From Octopus bimaculoides (Eukaryota), in contig NC_068986.1 in assembly GCF_001194135.2 (NCBI RefSeq), positions 76,369,602-76,433,601 on the forward strand: a DNA stretch of 64,000 nucleotides, written 5' to 3'. Of this stretch, positions 48,622 through 62,249 are shown in pieces (the stretch's first letter is position 1; each line of letters begins with the position of its first letter). The notes beneath the pieces are model-generated. The model was given only the letters and a program-made list of their open reading frames with translations, searched no databases and was not told the origin of the DNA. The position numbers and the translations under genes were made by a program.

Positions 48622-51600
48622 GTAAGGCATAATACAATTACATCAAACGTCAAACTTAACTATTCCTATCACACAATCTACCTTTGCAGTCGTTTCCACA
48701 CATTTTATTTACCATATATTTGTCTTCAGCTATCTCTAAACTTATTCCGAACTCAATATTTTTACCGTTATTCTTCAGATTCATTCACGTTTGTTAATGA
48801 CAAACATAAGAAGAATAAAATAATAATAATGATAACTTCTTTTTTCAAATGAAATACTTGTGTCCGATACTCATTTGAAATGTCCTGTAGATGACCTTTA
48901 CGTACGTACATACATACATATATGCATATATAAAATTTCTGTTGATTCACCAAGCAATAAATGACAAAACTCAATACGTAAATGTAGAGTATATGTATAT
49001 TTTTACATATAAACGTGTGTGTATATATAAATGTATATGCGTGTATAGATATGTGTATATACATGCATATATATTTGTATATATATATAGATATATGTGT
49101 GTGTGTATCAGTGTGATTCTTATTGTTGCTTTGATTCCTCAGTATTATATGAATACATTTCTTCCATCTACCCGTAATATTTCAATATTGCTGCACCTCG
49201 CCCACGCATTAAAGCGTGTAATGCATATATATATACATATATATATATAACTACGAATTGGTCCTCTCCTCACTCGACTTGGTTTCCTCATGACTTTCTG
49301 ATATTGCACATTTATTAAAAGAAATTTTCCTGAGATGCGTTTTTGAGTGTGTAGATTACAATTAAGTTGATATAGTTTAAGGAAACAATTTGAAGGAGTT
49401 TCGGATCACCTCGCCTCTCACCTTTGATATTGCCAATTTACATAACTTTAGCATTTTTCACTTGTTTCAAATTTACATATTTGAAATATCAATATTACGC
49501 AATCTACGTCCTCGAAAACGTATTTCTTCAAAATGCCATTTAAGCAATAGCCGGAATGTGGGGTAGAATGATCCTAAACTCTTTAAAAATAAAATTTAAT
49601 GGTAATCAAAATCATCGTAACCTATACCCCCCCTCCCAAAAAAAAAACATTTCTCTGCAAAATTTCATTTGTAAAAAAAAAAACATGCATTTTTCAGAAA
49701 GGTATGAGGAAACAAAGTCGATGTGGTACCGGAATGTAGTATAGCATCATCGAGATATAACGAGTTGTTGGATTGACTTCGTTGCTACTCTGAGTTTCAC
49801 GTACCGCCACGTGTGATCCTTCAGGCTTCCAACGAATAAACTCTACCATACATACATACATACAAATAAATATATATATAATGTGCTGCATACATTTCAG
49901 CAGCAACACGTTTTTCTTCTCATTACACCCATCATACACTCCAATATGTAGCCCATTTCATGGTAAAAATTAGTCCCGATTTCTCGTCCCACAGTATTTC
50001 AAATTTTCTTTCTGTTAGCATTGTGTCTCCTTTTATGAACTCGAAAACTTTCATAGCCAAGGTTTAAAAATTCTACTTTGTTTTATTTATAACAATAGTA
50101 GAGCAACACCGATCCATATATGTGTGTATATAGTCATGCCGTTGCTAAATGTGAAAATATCATAAACCTAATTGACCGTTTTAAAAAATAATCCCAGAAA
50201 ATGAAACCGGAATACATACAAATCCTCAGATTCTTAAACTCTATGAAACTTGTCAATATAATATGCTTGCAGTCAGTCTATATATTTATTTCTCGTATAT
50301 TATTTACAATTTTCAATAGAGTCTGAAATTATAGCTATAATTATTTATACACTCGGTGCCAGAAATCTTCTATACTCATTCAACATGTCTTTATTTCTAT
50401 AGATTTATTTCGTTCGTGGCTCTTGTTATTGTTTCGCCCTAGATCAGACCTAAAATGAGAAAATCTATGATCAAACACTTTTCGGCTATAAGCATTCCTT
50501 CTTTATATACACCGGGGTATACAGTATCCAATGTTTACTTCTTTATTTAACATAGTATGGTGTGATTTGAGGTAGATTCGGCTGCTATTTGTAACGAATT
50601 GAGCAACTTTGTTGAGGCACTGGCCGTCTGATTTTCTTTGTGTGTGTATACGATTATATTCATCCATGTTTTGTTGATTAAAATTGTTTGATTCACTATT
50701 TCTGTTTTCTTTTTGACTTCTTTTTCGTCAGAGAATGATGGAGTCAGGTTATTTATGTTCGTCTTTCTTTGTGTCGTCGTGTTCCTGCCTAATTGTTGGA
50801 GTCTGATAATAGACAGACACTAGTAACCAGGGCGGTGCCCACATGGTCGCTCAATATACTAGAAATAGCCGCCAAATTCTCTTCAAATCACATTCTATCA
50901 CCTAGATACAAAAACAGAAAAAAAAAAAGACGGGATGATCAAAATTGGGATGTTTTTGATCTTAGACCAGTTGATCATGGCTGACCTTGGGCTAAACAGC
51001 AATATTTAAAAGACGATCTTTAAAACAAGCAACTATATGTGACCGAGAGTAATTTCACGTGTTTATTTGCCGGTTAATTCCACAAGTTTCACGTTGATCA
51101 CTATGGTTGTTGATGTGGTCATTTTATAGACAAAACAAAAGAATTTATTACAAAAATAACATCTTATGCCATATATTTTACTATAAATGAAGCAAATAGT
51201 TTTACACCTTAAATCCAAGATCAGTTTGTAAATAGCTGGGGGAAAGACACCGTTTTTGCATCGTTTCATTCGTATAAGTTGTCTTTGTAGTTGGCATTAA
51301 TTAAATGCTAAGTAGAAAACACAATCTAGTAGTCTTGCTATGGCTTAATTTTTTTTTAATTTTTATCAAGATGGGTTAATTATAAACGCCTTCTCATCGT
51401 CTTTCCTTGTTGACTTCAAAAAATGGTTTTAAAAGGCTGACACTGAAAATATTTTCATCTATTTGGTATTAAAGTTCCAGTGCAAACAGTAAATATTATC
51501 CAAAGTATTTGGTCTTTCGTTAATTCGAGTAAAAGACCAACTTTTTGAAGGTTAGAAGACGTTATTGTCAGGCGAGTGGTTATTTCTGCTGCCATCTCAC

Positions 51601-53640
51601 CTGTCTGCACTGCGGTCGCTCGACCTACTAGAAATAGTAGCTAAATTCCCTCATTATCACACCGTACAGTCTTTGTAAAGAATGGTATATTGGATAAATA
51701 ATGTGAGAGCAGTCGCAATGTGCGTGGGCTAAACGTGGTGGACTTGGTGGGAACATCTTTGAGCATTGGCCTGTTCGATGAGGGTTGGCATGTCTCGAAT
51801 GAACAAATGTTTACGCATTTTCTTATATTATCTGTTGAAGTATTGATAAATAACAGTTTATCATTTCTAATTGATACTTGTACCTAATGAACTCGACTCT
51901 CTAGCATAGCTATACTCTCTCTCTCTATCTCTCTCTCTCTCTCTCGCTCAGTTAATTTGGCCTGTTGAGATCACCTAATTGCTACTCCCTCAGTTTAGAG
52001 AAAAATAAATACATCGTTAACTCCTTTCTATTTTCTCCGCTACACCTTTCTACAAAGGTGAAAATTGTCGTCAATTTTCTGTTATTTAACGGTGATTTAA
52101 GGTAGATTGTTTTCCGCAAAGATTAGAAACTCGTCGACTATTTTTTCAGTAGATTTATTCGGCGTTTTTATTTGTTTGTTTCGTCTGTATGTCCTTCTTC
52201 AGAGGACAACCACGAGCCATCGACACCTTTCGGAGATGAGACTAAACAGTAGCTCAGGATTTTGGGGCAGTTACAAATATAATTAAAATGTTCTGTTGTT
52301 CTTGATTGTCCGGTTTTAAATTTGACTAGGCTTTGGTTGTTTCAAACGTAATGAAAAAGTATTGTTTTCTTTCCTAATTTTCAATCGTAGATTTTTTTGT
52401 CATGCTGACACCCAAATTTAATCAGGAACTGTTTTTTTTAAATAGATTCCAGCCTGTAGAAGCTAAACTCTCTTAACTCTTCTGACCTGGGTTTTGGGGT
52501 ATACAAAATTCCTGCTTTTCCTGAACCTCAATTACGTAGATGACACAAGGGGGGAAATTAAAATTAATTTAAAAATTAACAAAAAACAGTTAATTTCACT
52601 TTTTCTATACTCGTATCAATCAAATAACCTCTATCATTAGATGAAGGTTATATATATACATATATATGAATTGTTGGTCGCTATAGGAAAGGAACTAAAT
52701 GATGGTTGTATATTTTCAAAAATATTGTATGTTCTCAGTTTCAATCAAGCCATCAGATACTTGATGCTGTGCGCAAAATGTATCTGTTGTTGCATCTCTT
52801 TTTTCTTTTTTACTTCTATGTTAAAATCGTTTAAGCCAAATTCGTAATCGAATTTTCGTTCCTCACTGATATTTTAAAATAATGTTTCTCTTGCTATCAG
52901 TAGTTATATGCATTTCCGATTGAGGCCGACAATCGATAGGTGGGTGACCTGAATTCCAACTGCTTCATCACTATTAGTCATTTCTTATCTTTCACACTTT
53001 CACTTCCAAATACATAAAAAACAGCTTCTCTTTTGAACTGGTTTTGAAACTGAAGTTTGACAGCTCTGTGTACCTGTATACCTGTGTTCAGTTATGATTT
53101 ACTTACACACTGACAATTGCGATGATGGAATTTTACCTGATGGGGTAGCAGTGTCATCCAACAGCCATGCAGTAGACGACGTGCAGAACTTGTTAGGAAA
53201 CGCAGTGTTGGAGAAATAATCAGAATTTGAGTAGCTGATAACTGAACATGCAGTTTAATATTGACTTAATGTTTATTTGATAAGGATCATTTGCATCCTT
53301 CAATGTCAACTTGATATTTAATCTCATGCCTCCTTCCACTTACTTTTAATAGCTGGAAATGAATTCCAATTCACTAAATAAAAGAAACAATCTTGTATTT
53401 CTTTAACATATTGATTTCTTAGTAGTAGTAACAATATATTTTGTGTAAAGGGCTGGTGTTAAAGAGTTAATATCCATGTTATTACTGGTATGTATTTTAT
53501 CAATCACACGGATGTTGTCAATATATTCTGTAAAATCATTTGCTGTGTGTTACACACTGATTTGTTCTGTTTGCATAAGGGTTGTCCTGAAAGTAATGCA
53601 AAAGTTGGAATAACTTTTTTTTTATCAAGTGATATCAGTA

Positions 53641-54204
53641 ATTCAAATTGCACAAGTTGGTAGAGTGACTTTTCTGTATAAAAGATACTACTCAACTCAA
53701 TCTCTATCACAAATGATGCACTTATTTGCTCCATCCTTGAAACCAACTCTCAAATTTTCTCTGAAATAATTCAAGTGTGAACTGCTGTATCCACTTCTTT
53801 ACAGCTGCTTTCACTTTATCTCTGTCATCAAATCTTTCCTTCCAAAGACTGTCCTTCATTTGACTGAACTGGTGAAAGTGGTAGAGCACCAGATTCAGAT
53901 TATATGGTGAATGGGGAATCACTGACCTATCCTATTTGCCATTTGTGTGCTTTGTTGCCAATGTGTGTAATGCATTGTCATGGTGAATCCTGGTTTCTAT
54001 TTTTTAAAACTTCTTCATCCATCTGTGCACATTGCTCTTGTCAATTGTGTAATATCCATAAACATTCTGTAGCCTTCAGTGGCGGTTGGACAGCCCGTAC
54101 CCCTCCTTCATCAAGAATTCATTTCTTTGCATGGAACCTAACTTTTGTTTGCAATGAAGGAAAATAAGAAGAAGAGTTACTCTACCAACATATTCAGTTT
54201 GAAT
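53641..54204 (-). mobile_element. Internally deleted, degenerate mariner-type element
   Basis: ~30-bp imperfect inverted repeats at 53641-53670 and 54175-54204. Minus-strand remnants EFLMKEG, IHHDNA and PHSPYN...MKDSLWKERFDDRDKVKAAVKKW. Confidence 0.7.
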
Positions 54205-54293
54205 GACCCATGTTAGTTACCAAAAGTTATGCTCACTTCTGCAGTACTTTTGGGATAATTCTCATAAAATAAAAATAAAAAAACTTTATCATT

Positions 54294-54627
54294 CGGGTTC
54301 AGTCCCACTGCATGGCACCTTGGGCAAGTGTCCTCTACTATAGCCTCGGGCCGACCAAGTGGATTGAGTGGATTTGGTAGACAGAAACTGAAAGAAGCCT
54401 GTCGTATATATGTATATATATATATGTGTGTGTCTGTGTTTGTCCCCCCGGCATCGCTTGACAACCGATGCTGGTGTCTTTGCGTCCCCGTAACTTAGCG
54501 GTTCGGCAAAAGAGATCGATAGAATAAGTACTAGGCTTACAAAGAATAAGTCCTGGGGTCAATTTGCTCGAATAAAGGTGGTGCTCCAGCATGGCCGCAG
54601 TCAAATGACTGAAACAAGTAAAAGAGT
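54294..54627 (+). mobile_element. tRNA-derived SINE family C, young and 5'-truncated
   Basis: CpG-rich copy ending gtgctccagcatggccgcagtcaaatgactgaaacaagtaaaagag. Confidence 0.9.
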
Positions 54628-57046
54628 ATTCATTCATCTTTTCTGTAAGAAACACTGATGACTGAAGTTATATAAGAAGCTATATTATAATCTATATACT
54701 TTGATGTCACAACAACCAATTGTAAAAGATTGTATATTTATTAGGTTTTTCAAGAATAGAACATTATCTTGTCAGGTTGAAACAATTGTCTTATAATTAG
54801 AGCAATTAGAAACTCTGTAGCTTCGTATATACTGACCATAGGCAGTGGTGTTGCCAAGATGTGGTACATGTGTGGATTAAAGCTGACCTGCATTCTTCAT
54901 TAAATTTCTCCTTAATCAGCTGTATATATATATATATATATATATATGGGGAAAATAAAGTTTATCATTTTGTCAAATGTGTTCTACATTTTCACAATTT
55001 TATGCACAGCTAATTTCTGGTGATGTGGTTGAACTGCTATAGTTTGGTTAGATAAATGTTTGTAATAACGGTGCATAGTATACAGTGAATAGAGTAAAAC
55101 CTGGAGGCCAAGGTAACTAGTGATGGTTACCTTGACAGCTACATGTTCATCAGGAGTGTTGGAAGAAGAATTTGATAAGTTCAGTTAGTGTTCATGTGAC
55201 TGGAAGATAAATGTTGTTTTGATTTATAGGCATATATATGTGTATACTCCCACACACTCCTGGATCTATGTATGTGTCTGTACTACTGTGTTTGTGAGTG
55301 CCTTCTATCAAAGAGGCTGTCTGTAAATGCATGGCAAGGCTGTGTGGTTAAGAAGTTTACTTCACAATTTCAGAGTTTTGAATTTGTCCTGACTTTATGG
55401 CACCTTGGGCGAGTGTTTACTATCAGAGCCATGGGTTGAGCAAACCTTTGCAAGTGAAACTTGGTCGACAGAAATTGTGTAAAACTTGATAGAGATTTTG
55501 TTGACTGATTGCATGGATAATTTTATTATTTACTAGCTTGTAACCAAAGCAACACCACCACTTTTGTTCTTCCTCACTCCCAGACAAAGGGCAAAGGTTC
55601 AAAATGTTAGTGTTCACTCTTTATAGTAGTTGTATTTACTGAACTCTCTTATTGATGTATATATGTCCACTGGTCATAATTGTGTTTACACGAGGTATGT
55701 TTATGAAAAATTTTAGATTTTATTTAGGTCATTATTCTGGGTTTTTTTTTTAATAACAATTCCCAATAGCACAGACTTTCTATAATAAAAGTGCACTGAA
55801 ATTGACTCATGAATGTAAGATGAGATGGTATCTCGATGCACAGGTGTAAAATGTTACATTTCATAATTTTGAAGGTTTTGAACTGACATAGATTTGGAAG
55901 AGACTACAAATAAGACAGTTTGAAAGGTAATACCTGTAAACAAATGAATTGACATGAAAGTTCAAGACTTTTTCATGTTATCAACACTAACACATCTACA
56001 AATGTTAGTTTTAAGTATACATGCAATATACCTTAGATTCATAATCATGTTGTCCTCTAAATATCAAGGTCATTGTATGTCTCACTATGTGTGTGTAATT
56101 TGGCAACAAGCTCTTGGTAAAGTTCATTAAAAGCATCAGATCACCCCCCCCACTCCCATATAGATTCATTAATTTCATACAGACAATTTCTAAAAGTTAA
56201 CTTTATAGTCATCAGTAATTAGCCTACATAGAAAACAAAATTTAAAGCTCTCAAAAATTTGATGTTGCATTTCTAATGTTTTTTTCATATTAATGGGGTT
56301 TGAACAGTTTTACAAATCATAATGTTTTCAAGAATTGTTGGAGTAACCGACTTGGTGGTTTTAATATATCTAATTCAGTCCTCCATTCCTTGTCATTGGC
56401 TTTAAGTTCTAACATTAGCATCATCATCATCATCATTATTATCTTATGCCCCTTTTTTTTATCCCATGCTGACATGGGTTGGACGGGTCTCACAGTGCCT
56501 CATCATTTACTATAGCCCTTTGCATCTGGCAAAAACCTGATACCTTTGCACAAGAGAGGCCATGTCTGACAAACTAAAAAGTCCCTGTCTTATCTATGTT
56601 AATTTGGCGTGGTCTTTTTTTTTTTTTGTATAGTTTTCACAGCAGGATGCTCTTCCTTTTATTAAACACATAGCATAGATTGATAGATTGGATGCAATTT
56701 AATCAGACCACCACTAGAAAGTTTGATTGTCTCAATCAAGACTAAAGAGTCCCTTCCACTCTGTGTCTCTTCTGTTTAAGTAAATTAAATGTCTAACTTT
56801 TTACTTAGCTTCTTGATATCCTCCTTTCTCCTTATCTTCCAAACCTCTTTACCTCATTCACTACTGTGTCATTTCTTATCTCTTGCACTGACACTGGTCA
56901 GTTGGTTACTTGTAGCAGTTTGTCTCTAAAGAGTGCTAATGTTCTTTTATGTTACCTTGATTGAAGTATCCATGACTTGTATGGAAGCAAACTCATAAAA
57001 CAATTTACTAAGAAAACTGTAACAAGAATTGTTACGGCCATATCAC

Positions 57047-57165
57047 GCTTACGGCCATATCACGCTGAGAGCACCGGTTCTCGTCCGATCACCGAAGTTA
57101 AGCAACGTTGAGCCTAGTGAGTACTTAGATGGGTGACCGCTTGGAAAACCTAGGTGCTGTAAGCA
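57047..57165 (+). rRNA. 5S rRNA sequence, full length (119 nt); isolated and probably retroposed
   Basis: gcttacggccatatcacg...ccgatcaccgaagttaagcaacg...agtacttagatgggtgaccgcttgg...gctgtaagca. Stem I pairs (gcttacggc/gctgtaagc). It lacks an oligo-T terminator and is followed by A15 and a SINE body. Confidence 0.9.
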
Positions 57166-57182
57166 TTAAAAAAAAAAAAAAA

Positions 57183-57334
57183 TCCAAGGTCGACTTTGCC
57201 TTTCATCCTTTCGGGGTCGATAAATTAAGTACCAGTTACGCACTGGGGTCAATGTAATCGACTTATTTCCTTTGTCTGTTCTTGTTTGTCCCCTCTATGT
57301 TTAGCCCCTTGTGGGCAATAAAGAAATAAGAAAA
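57183..57334 (+). mobile_element. SINE family B body and tail fused behind the 5S copy
   Basis: aggtcgactttgcctttcatcctttcggggtcgataaattaagtacc...cttgtgggcaataaagaaataagaaa is the reverse complement of the body and tail of 60729-60960. Confidence 0.9.
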
Positions 57335-58440
57335 TTTTGACTTCTACCTTTACTTGCTCACAAATAAGTACGAACATGGTTTTTATCAAAGTTTGGGGTA
57401 AATTTGAGTGTCGACGTTTTTGTTTCAAACTGAAAGTTCTCCTTTTATTGTTTTGTTAATGGCAGTAGAGATTAGCTATCAAGTGTTATTTCTCTCTCTA
57501 ATGTTACAAGAACTGACTTGAATACTATTAATATTTAATCATTTTACAAATGCCACTGATGAGAGAAAAGACAAATATAAGCCACAATAGAGGCTCTGAT
57601 TTCAAAGCTTTACTTAAGGGACTTTAATTTTGAATCATACATAATGATTTCATTCATGTTTTCTAAACATGTGATCTCAGCAATTGTTGGTAATTAATTT
57701 AGCTTTTAACATTTTGAAGCTCCTTTGGCAAATAATTATGCTACTATACTAGGTACATATGTTCACATTTTCTTGAGCCCTGTTGTCATCTTTGATACCC
57801 AATTTCTCTTTTAAATGCTCTAGTTCTTTTCAGTGTATTCAGATCTGTTATGTGTAGAGCAGAATTGAACTTCAACTTTTCTTCTTTTTATCACATCTTT
57901 CTCTTCTGTCATCCTTTCCCACTTATCTACAATGGATATCAGCATTGAATGCTCCCCATTTTAATCAGGAGTGCTGTCAACTTTGGTACCAATGATTAAT
58001 GCATGCCTTTTCCCTTACTGCAATTGTTATGTGTTCTTATGAATTTTGTTTTTGTCCTCTTAATGACTTAACGAGAGGAGGAAAGCAACATCCTTGACTA
58101 TTCCAGGGCCTCTAAAACTGATGAGAGGAAGTAGAAGTTATCTTCAAATTTGGCCTCTATTCTTATAGTAGTATGGACTCTACTAAACTCATGCAAGAAC
58201 CAGATGGTAGGGTTACACCAGCCAATGAATTAAATTTACTGCCTAGGGACAAGAACAGTCCTTATGACTGCTTTCCATGCAGTTTCACCCTAAGCTATAG
58301 TAGAAAACATTTTCCCAATTTACTACTCTTTGGGATCAAAACTGAAGCTACATTGTTGAGGTGAACTTCTAAAACACCTGTCTATGTCTTCAGATCTACA
58401 GTGGTATTGAGTACTTATATTCTTCTGTTCCTTTTTGATA

Positions 58441-58642
58441 CTCTTTACTCTTTTACTCTTTTACTTGTTTCAGCCATTTGACTGTGGCCATGCTGGAGCA
58501 CCGCCTTTAGTCGAGCAAATCGACCCCAGGACTTATTCTTTGGAAGCCTAGTACTTATTCTATCGGTCTCTTTTGCCAAACCACTAAGTTACAGGGACGT
58601 AAACACACCACCATCGGTTGTCAAGCGTTGGTGGGGGGACAA

Positions 58643-58683
<41 letters not shown>

Positions 58684-58923
58684 NNNNNNNNNNNNNNNNN
58701 NNNNNNNNNNNNNNNNNNNNNNNNNNNNNNNNNNNNNNNNNNNNNNNNNNNNNNNNNNNNNNNNNNNNNNNNNNNNNNNNNNNNNNNNNNNNNNNNNNNN
58801 NNNNNNNNNNNNNNNNNNNNNNNNNNNNNNNNNNNNNNNNNNNNNNNNNNNNNNNNNNNNNNNNNNNNNNNNNNNNNNNNNNNNNNNNNNNNNNNNNNNN
58901 NNCTTACCACACAGCCACTCCTT
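58441..58923 (-). mobile_element. tRNA-derived SINE family C spanning an N-gap
   Basis: Tail (ttttactc)n at 58441 and head cttaccacacagccactcc after the gap. Confidence 0.85.
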
Positions 58924-59741
58924 CTTTTTAATGATTCAAATTTTCAGATTAATTTTTACTTCTTTCACCATTATTAAAAAAAACTCCATAATAGTTAATG
59001 TAAATTTTTCAATGTGGTTAGCTAACTGGAAAAACTAATGTTATGCAAGCATAAGTTTTATTCTCATCCTATCTAAAACAAGAAAGTTAATGAAAACAAA
59101 GAAATTCTCTTGTATGTTTCTCTTCATAGCTTTTGCATTATCAAATTCTTTCATCTGTTGTTGAAAAATAAACAGCCTATAATAAATTATTTGGAGGCAA
59201 TTACCCATCATCACAACTCAGAACACATTCATACACAAGAGCAATTCTTGTAAGGAGAAACTGTCCAGAGTGTAAAATATGTATTTTCTTCTTGTGAGTC
59301 CAAGTTGCCAATTTCTTCAATTGCAGCTATGTAATTTGTTTCCTTCCACCCATCTTTTCTCAGCAGAGGTTGTTACAAGTCATATTCTTGAAGACAAAGC
59401 TGTTATAAACATTGTGTGCATTTCTTTCAACTCTCATCATCATAACCATTTTCTTTGCTTTTCCATGTTAGTGTGGGGTGGAACTTGTTCTTAGTTGATG
59501 TTACTGCTTCCCTAGACAGGTCAAGGATATTTCATTTTTGTTATGATTTCTATGGTTGGATGCTCTTCCTAATGCCACTTTACAAAATGGATGTACTTTA
59601 TTATGGCACCGCCCTATTGAAAGTATTTTGATCTCCAACTTACTATAATTCCGTTACTTCTGTACTGTTTACCCTTCATAACTCCATGTTCATAGTTGCT
59701 AAGTCTGATAATGCTATACATTTGTGTGTATGTGTGTGTAT

Positions 59742-59901
59742 AGGTGAAGGCGTGGCAGTGTGGTAAGAAACTTGTTTCCCAACCACTTAGTACTGGGTTC
59801 AGTCCCATTGTATGGCACCTTGGCAAGTGCTTCTACTATGCCTTGTGCTGACCAAAGCCTCGTGAGTGAATTTGGTAGATAGAAACTGAAAGAAGCCCAT
59901 C

Positions 59902-59950
<49 letters not shown>

Positions 59951-60063
59951 TGTGTGTGTGTGTTTGGTTGTCCCCTCTACCACTTGACAATCAGCATTGC
60001 TGTATTTATGTGCCTGTAACTTAGCGGCTTGGCAAAAAGAGACCAATAGAATAAATACCAGGC
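59742..60063 (+). mobile_element. tRNA-derived SINE family C, 3'-truncated
   Basis: Head aggtgaaggcgtggcagtgtggtaag, central (TA)(TG) repeat, partial 3' half. Confidence 0.85.
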
Positions 60064-60728
60064 CATCTTTTTGTCTGATGAGAAAGAACACTGCTCTGGA
60101 TCCTTTTCAGAGTCTCAAAGATTGATGGGAGGAAATCATTCTCAAACTGGAAACCTGGATTAAATGTGGCAACAGTGTTAACTTTACTAAAGGTGTACAC
60201 TAGTCCTAACCAGGAGTACCTTCCTCTTCACTCTGAAACCTTATATTCTTCACTCATTTTCCATGTCTTTAGTTTGTTCACCAGCAATTTCAACTACTCC
60301 CTCTGGGCTTTCATATCTTCTGTCAATTGCTAATTCCTAAAAGTCTTGTTAACATGTAATAGTAAACATTGGGGAATATCTAGAGAGAGAAAAATGTGTG
60401 ATGGAAGTCTCTAGAAAGTGCTGACTTGATATTGGATAACCTTGGTTGTTTGGTTGATGTGGAAGCAGTACTCTGTAAGGATAAATAGGAATTGATTAAT
60501 CATGAGGCAATTTAGTTGACATAGTAACGTTGTACATACATCATTTTATATATACATGCATGTCCTTGTATTTACATTATCAAATGTGTCTATAGAAAAT
60601 TATATACAATATGTTTTCATCATCATTTAGCATCTGTATTCCAAGCTGACATGGGCTGAACCTTTTGACAGGCTTTGACAATTTAAAAGACTGTGTCAAG
60701 CTCTAACGTCAGTTTTGGCATAGTTTCT

Positions 60729-60972
60729 TATTTCTTTATTACCCACAAGGGGCTAAGCATAGAGGGGATAAACAAGGACAGACAAACGGATTAAGTCAAT
60801 TACATCGACCCCAGTGTGTAACTGGTACTTAATTTTTCGACCCTGAGAGGATGAAAGGCAAAGTTGACCTCAGTGGAATTTGAACTCAGAACGTAACGGC
60901 AGATGAAATACCGTTAAGCATTTCGCCCAGCGTGCTAACGTTTCTGCCAGCTCGCTGCCTTTGATCCTTCTG
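60729..60972 (-). mobile_element. Young SINE family B copy nested in an older family A copy
   Basis: 19-bp duplication cagttttggcatagtttct at 60710-60728 and 60973-60991. There are 12 extra nt beyond the head. Confidence 0.9.
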
Positions 60973-62249
60973 CAGTTTTGGCATAGTTTCTGTGGATGGA
61001 TGATCTTTCTAAATATTAGATATATTCAATCTTGGTGTGAAAATATAAATCAAAAGAGTGGACAAACCAAAAGAGCTTTGAAAGCTTAGAGAGTAAAGTA
61101 TTTGCTCAACTAGTTTGCATTTCTTAACTGTTAAGAACAATATGTTATTAACTAAATAATGGATTCAGATTTTGGAATAAAGCCAGCAATATGAGGGGTG
61201 GGGTAAGTTAATTGCATTGACCCCAGTACTCAACTGGTAGATGAAAGGCAAAGTTGACCTTGGCAGAATTTGAACTCAGAATGTAAAGAGCCAGAACAAA
61301 TGCCGCTAAATATTTTGTCTGATGCATTAACAGCTCTGTCACTTTGCCGCCTTTTGTCTACTAAATAATGTAATGTACTTACTACTCAGTGTTCCTCTCC
61401 AGTCTAAACTTTACATCCAGTGGATTTATTGTCAACTCTAAAAAGATTAAGTGAGAACAATGAAATACTATCCGATATCTTGTTCACTGCCCTTGTTTCT
61501 GTGTCAAATGCATATCTTAACTAACTATTAAAGAGACCTTGTTTTAAATATATCTTTTATAGTAGCTATACATAGATACACAAACATACTGACAGTCTTA
61601 ATCCATTCAAAATATTTCTATATCCTTATTTAAACATTCACCATTCATTGCTATTGTTTCATCTATAAAGCTACTGTCAATTTTTCAGTGCTACAACAAA
61701 AGAAACCATTCTCTTATCAACTTGTTTTAACTATTACAAATATTTTCAGTTAAAACTACTCCATTTTTTTATTTTTTACAGTTAACATTTAAATCTTTCG
61801 AGGTAGACGTAGGTCATTCTTGCTATTTGCTCAAGCTGGTTTAAAAAAGAGGACATTGTTTATATATATTTATACATGTGTACATCTATTTACAATCAAC
61901 ATGCTTAAGTGGATTAAATACAGCATTCTGCCTTCATTAGAAAAAGTGTTAATATGTCAGAAGTGGTTTTTATGTAAGATACACTAATCTGGTTGTTGTT
62001 TAACCAATTAAGCACTATTTCAGTGATAAACAAGCAAAGTACAAATGAATAGAAATCATACAGATGCTCTGTGACTATTTTGTTATCATGTTGCTTAATT
62101 CCTTGTCGGTCCCGATCAAGCAGAAATTATGATCAAAATTATTCCAGCCACATCTTATTCAGGCATAGCATAGCTACAACCAAATTATCAGTTGTGTTCA
62201 GGGATCACATAGAGTTTTGCTCATTGGTTCATGTATTTTCTTTTATCAT

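Noticed and set aside
49770-49830. Hammerhead-like CTGAAGG...GAAAC...GTA on the minus strand
   Set aside because: The core deviates from CUGANGA, stem II consumes G12, and stem I is only 2 bp.
53090-53220. 41-codon ORF (MIYLHTDNCDDG...) on +, and a GTAAGT donor on the minus strand
   Set aside because: No recognisable protein, weak acceptor and no partner exon; insufficient support on either strand.
56300-56515. LGGFNISN as a possible PDZ exon 2
   Set aside because: No splice acceptor in the right phase and no PDZ similarity beyond these residues.
57760-58110. Possible old RTE fragment on the minus strand
   Set aside because: Only faint motif resemblance; too degenerate to call.
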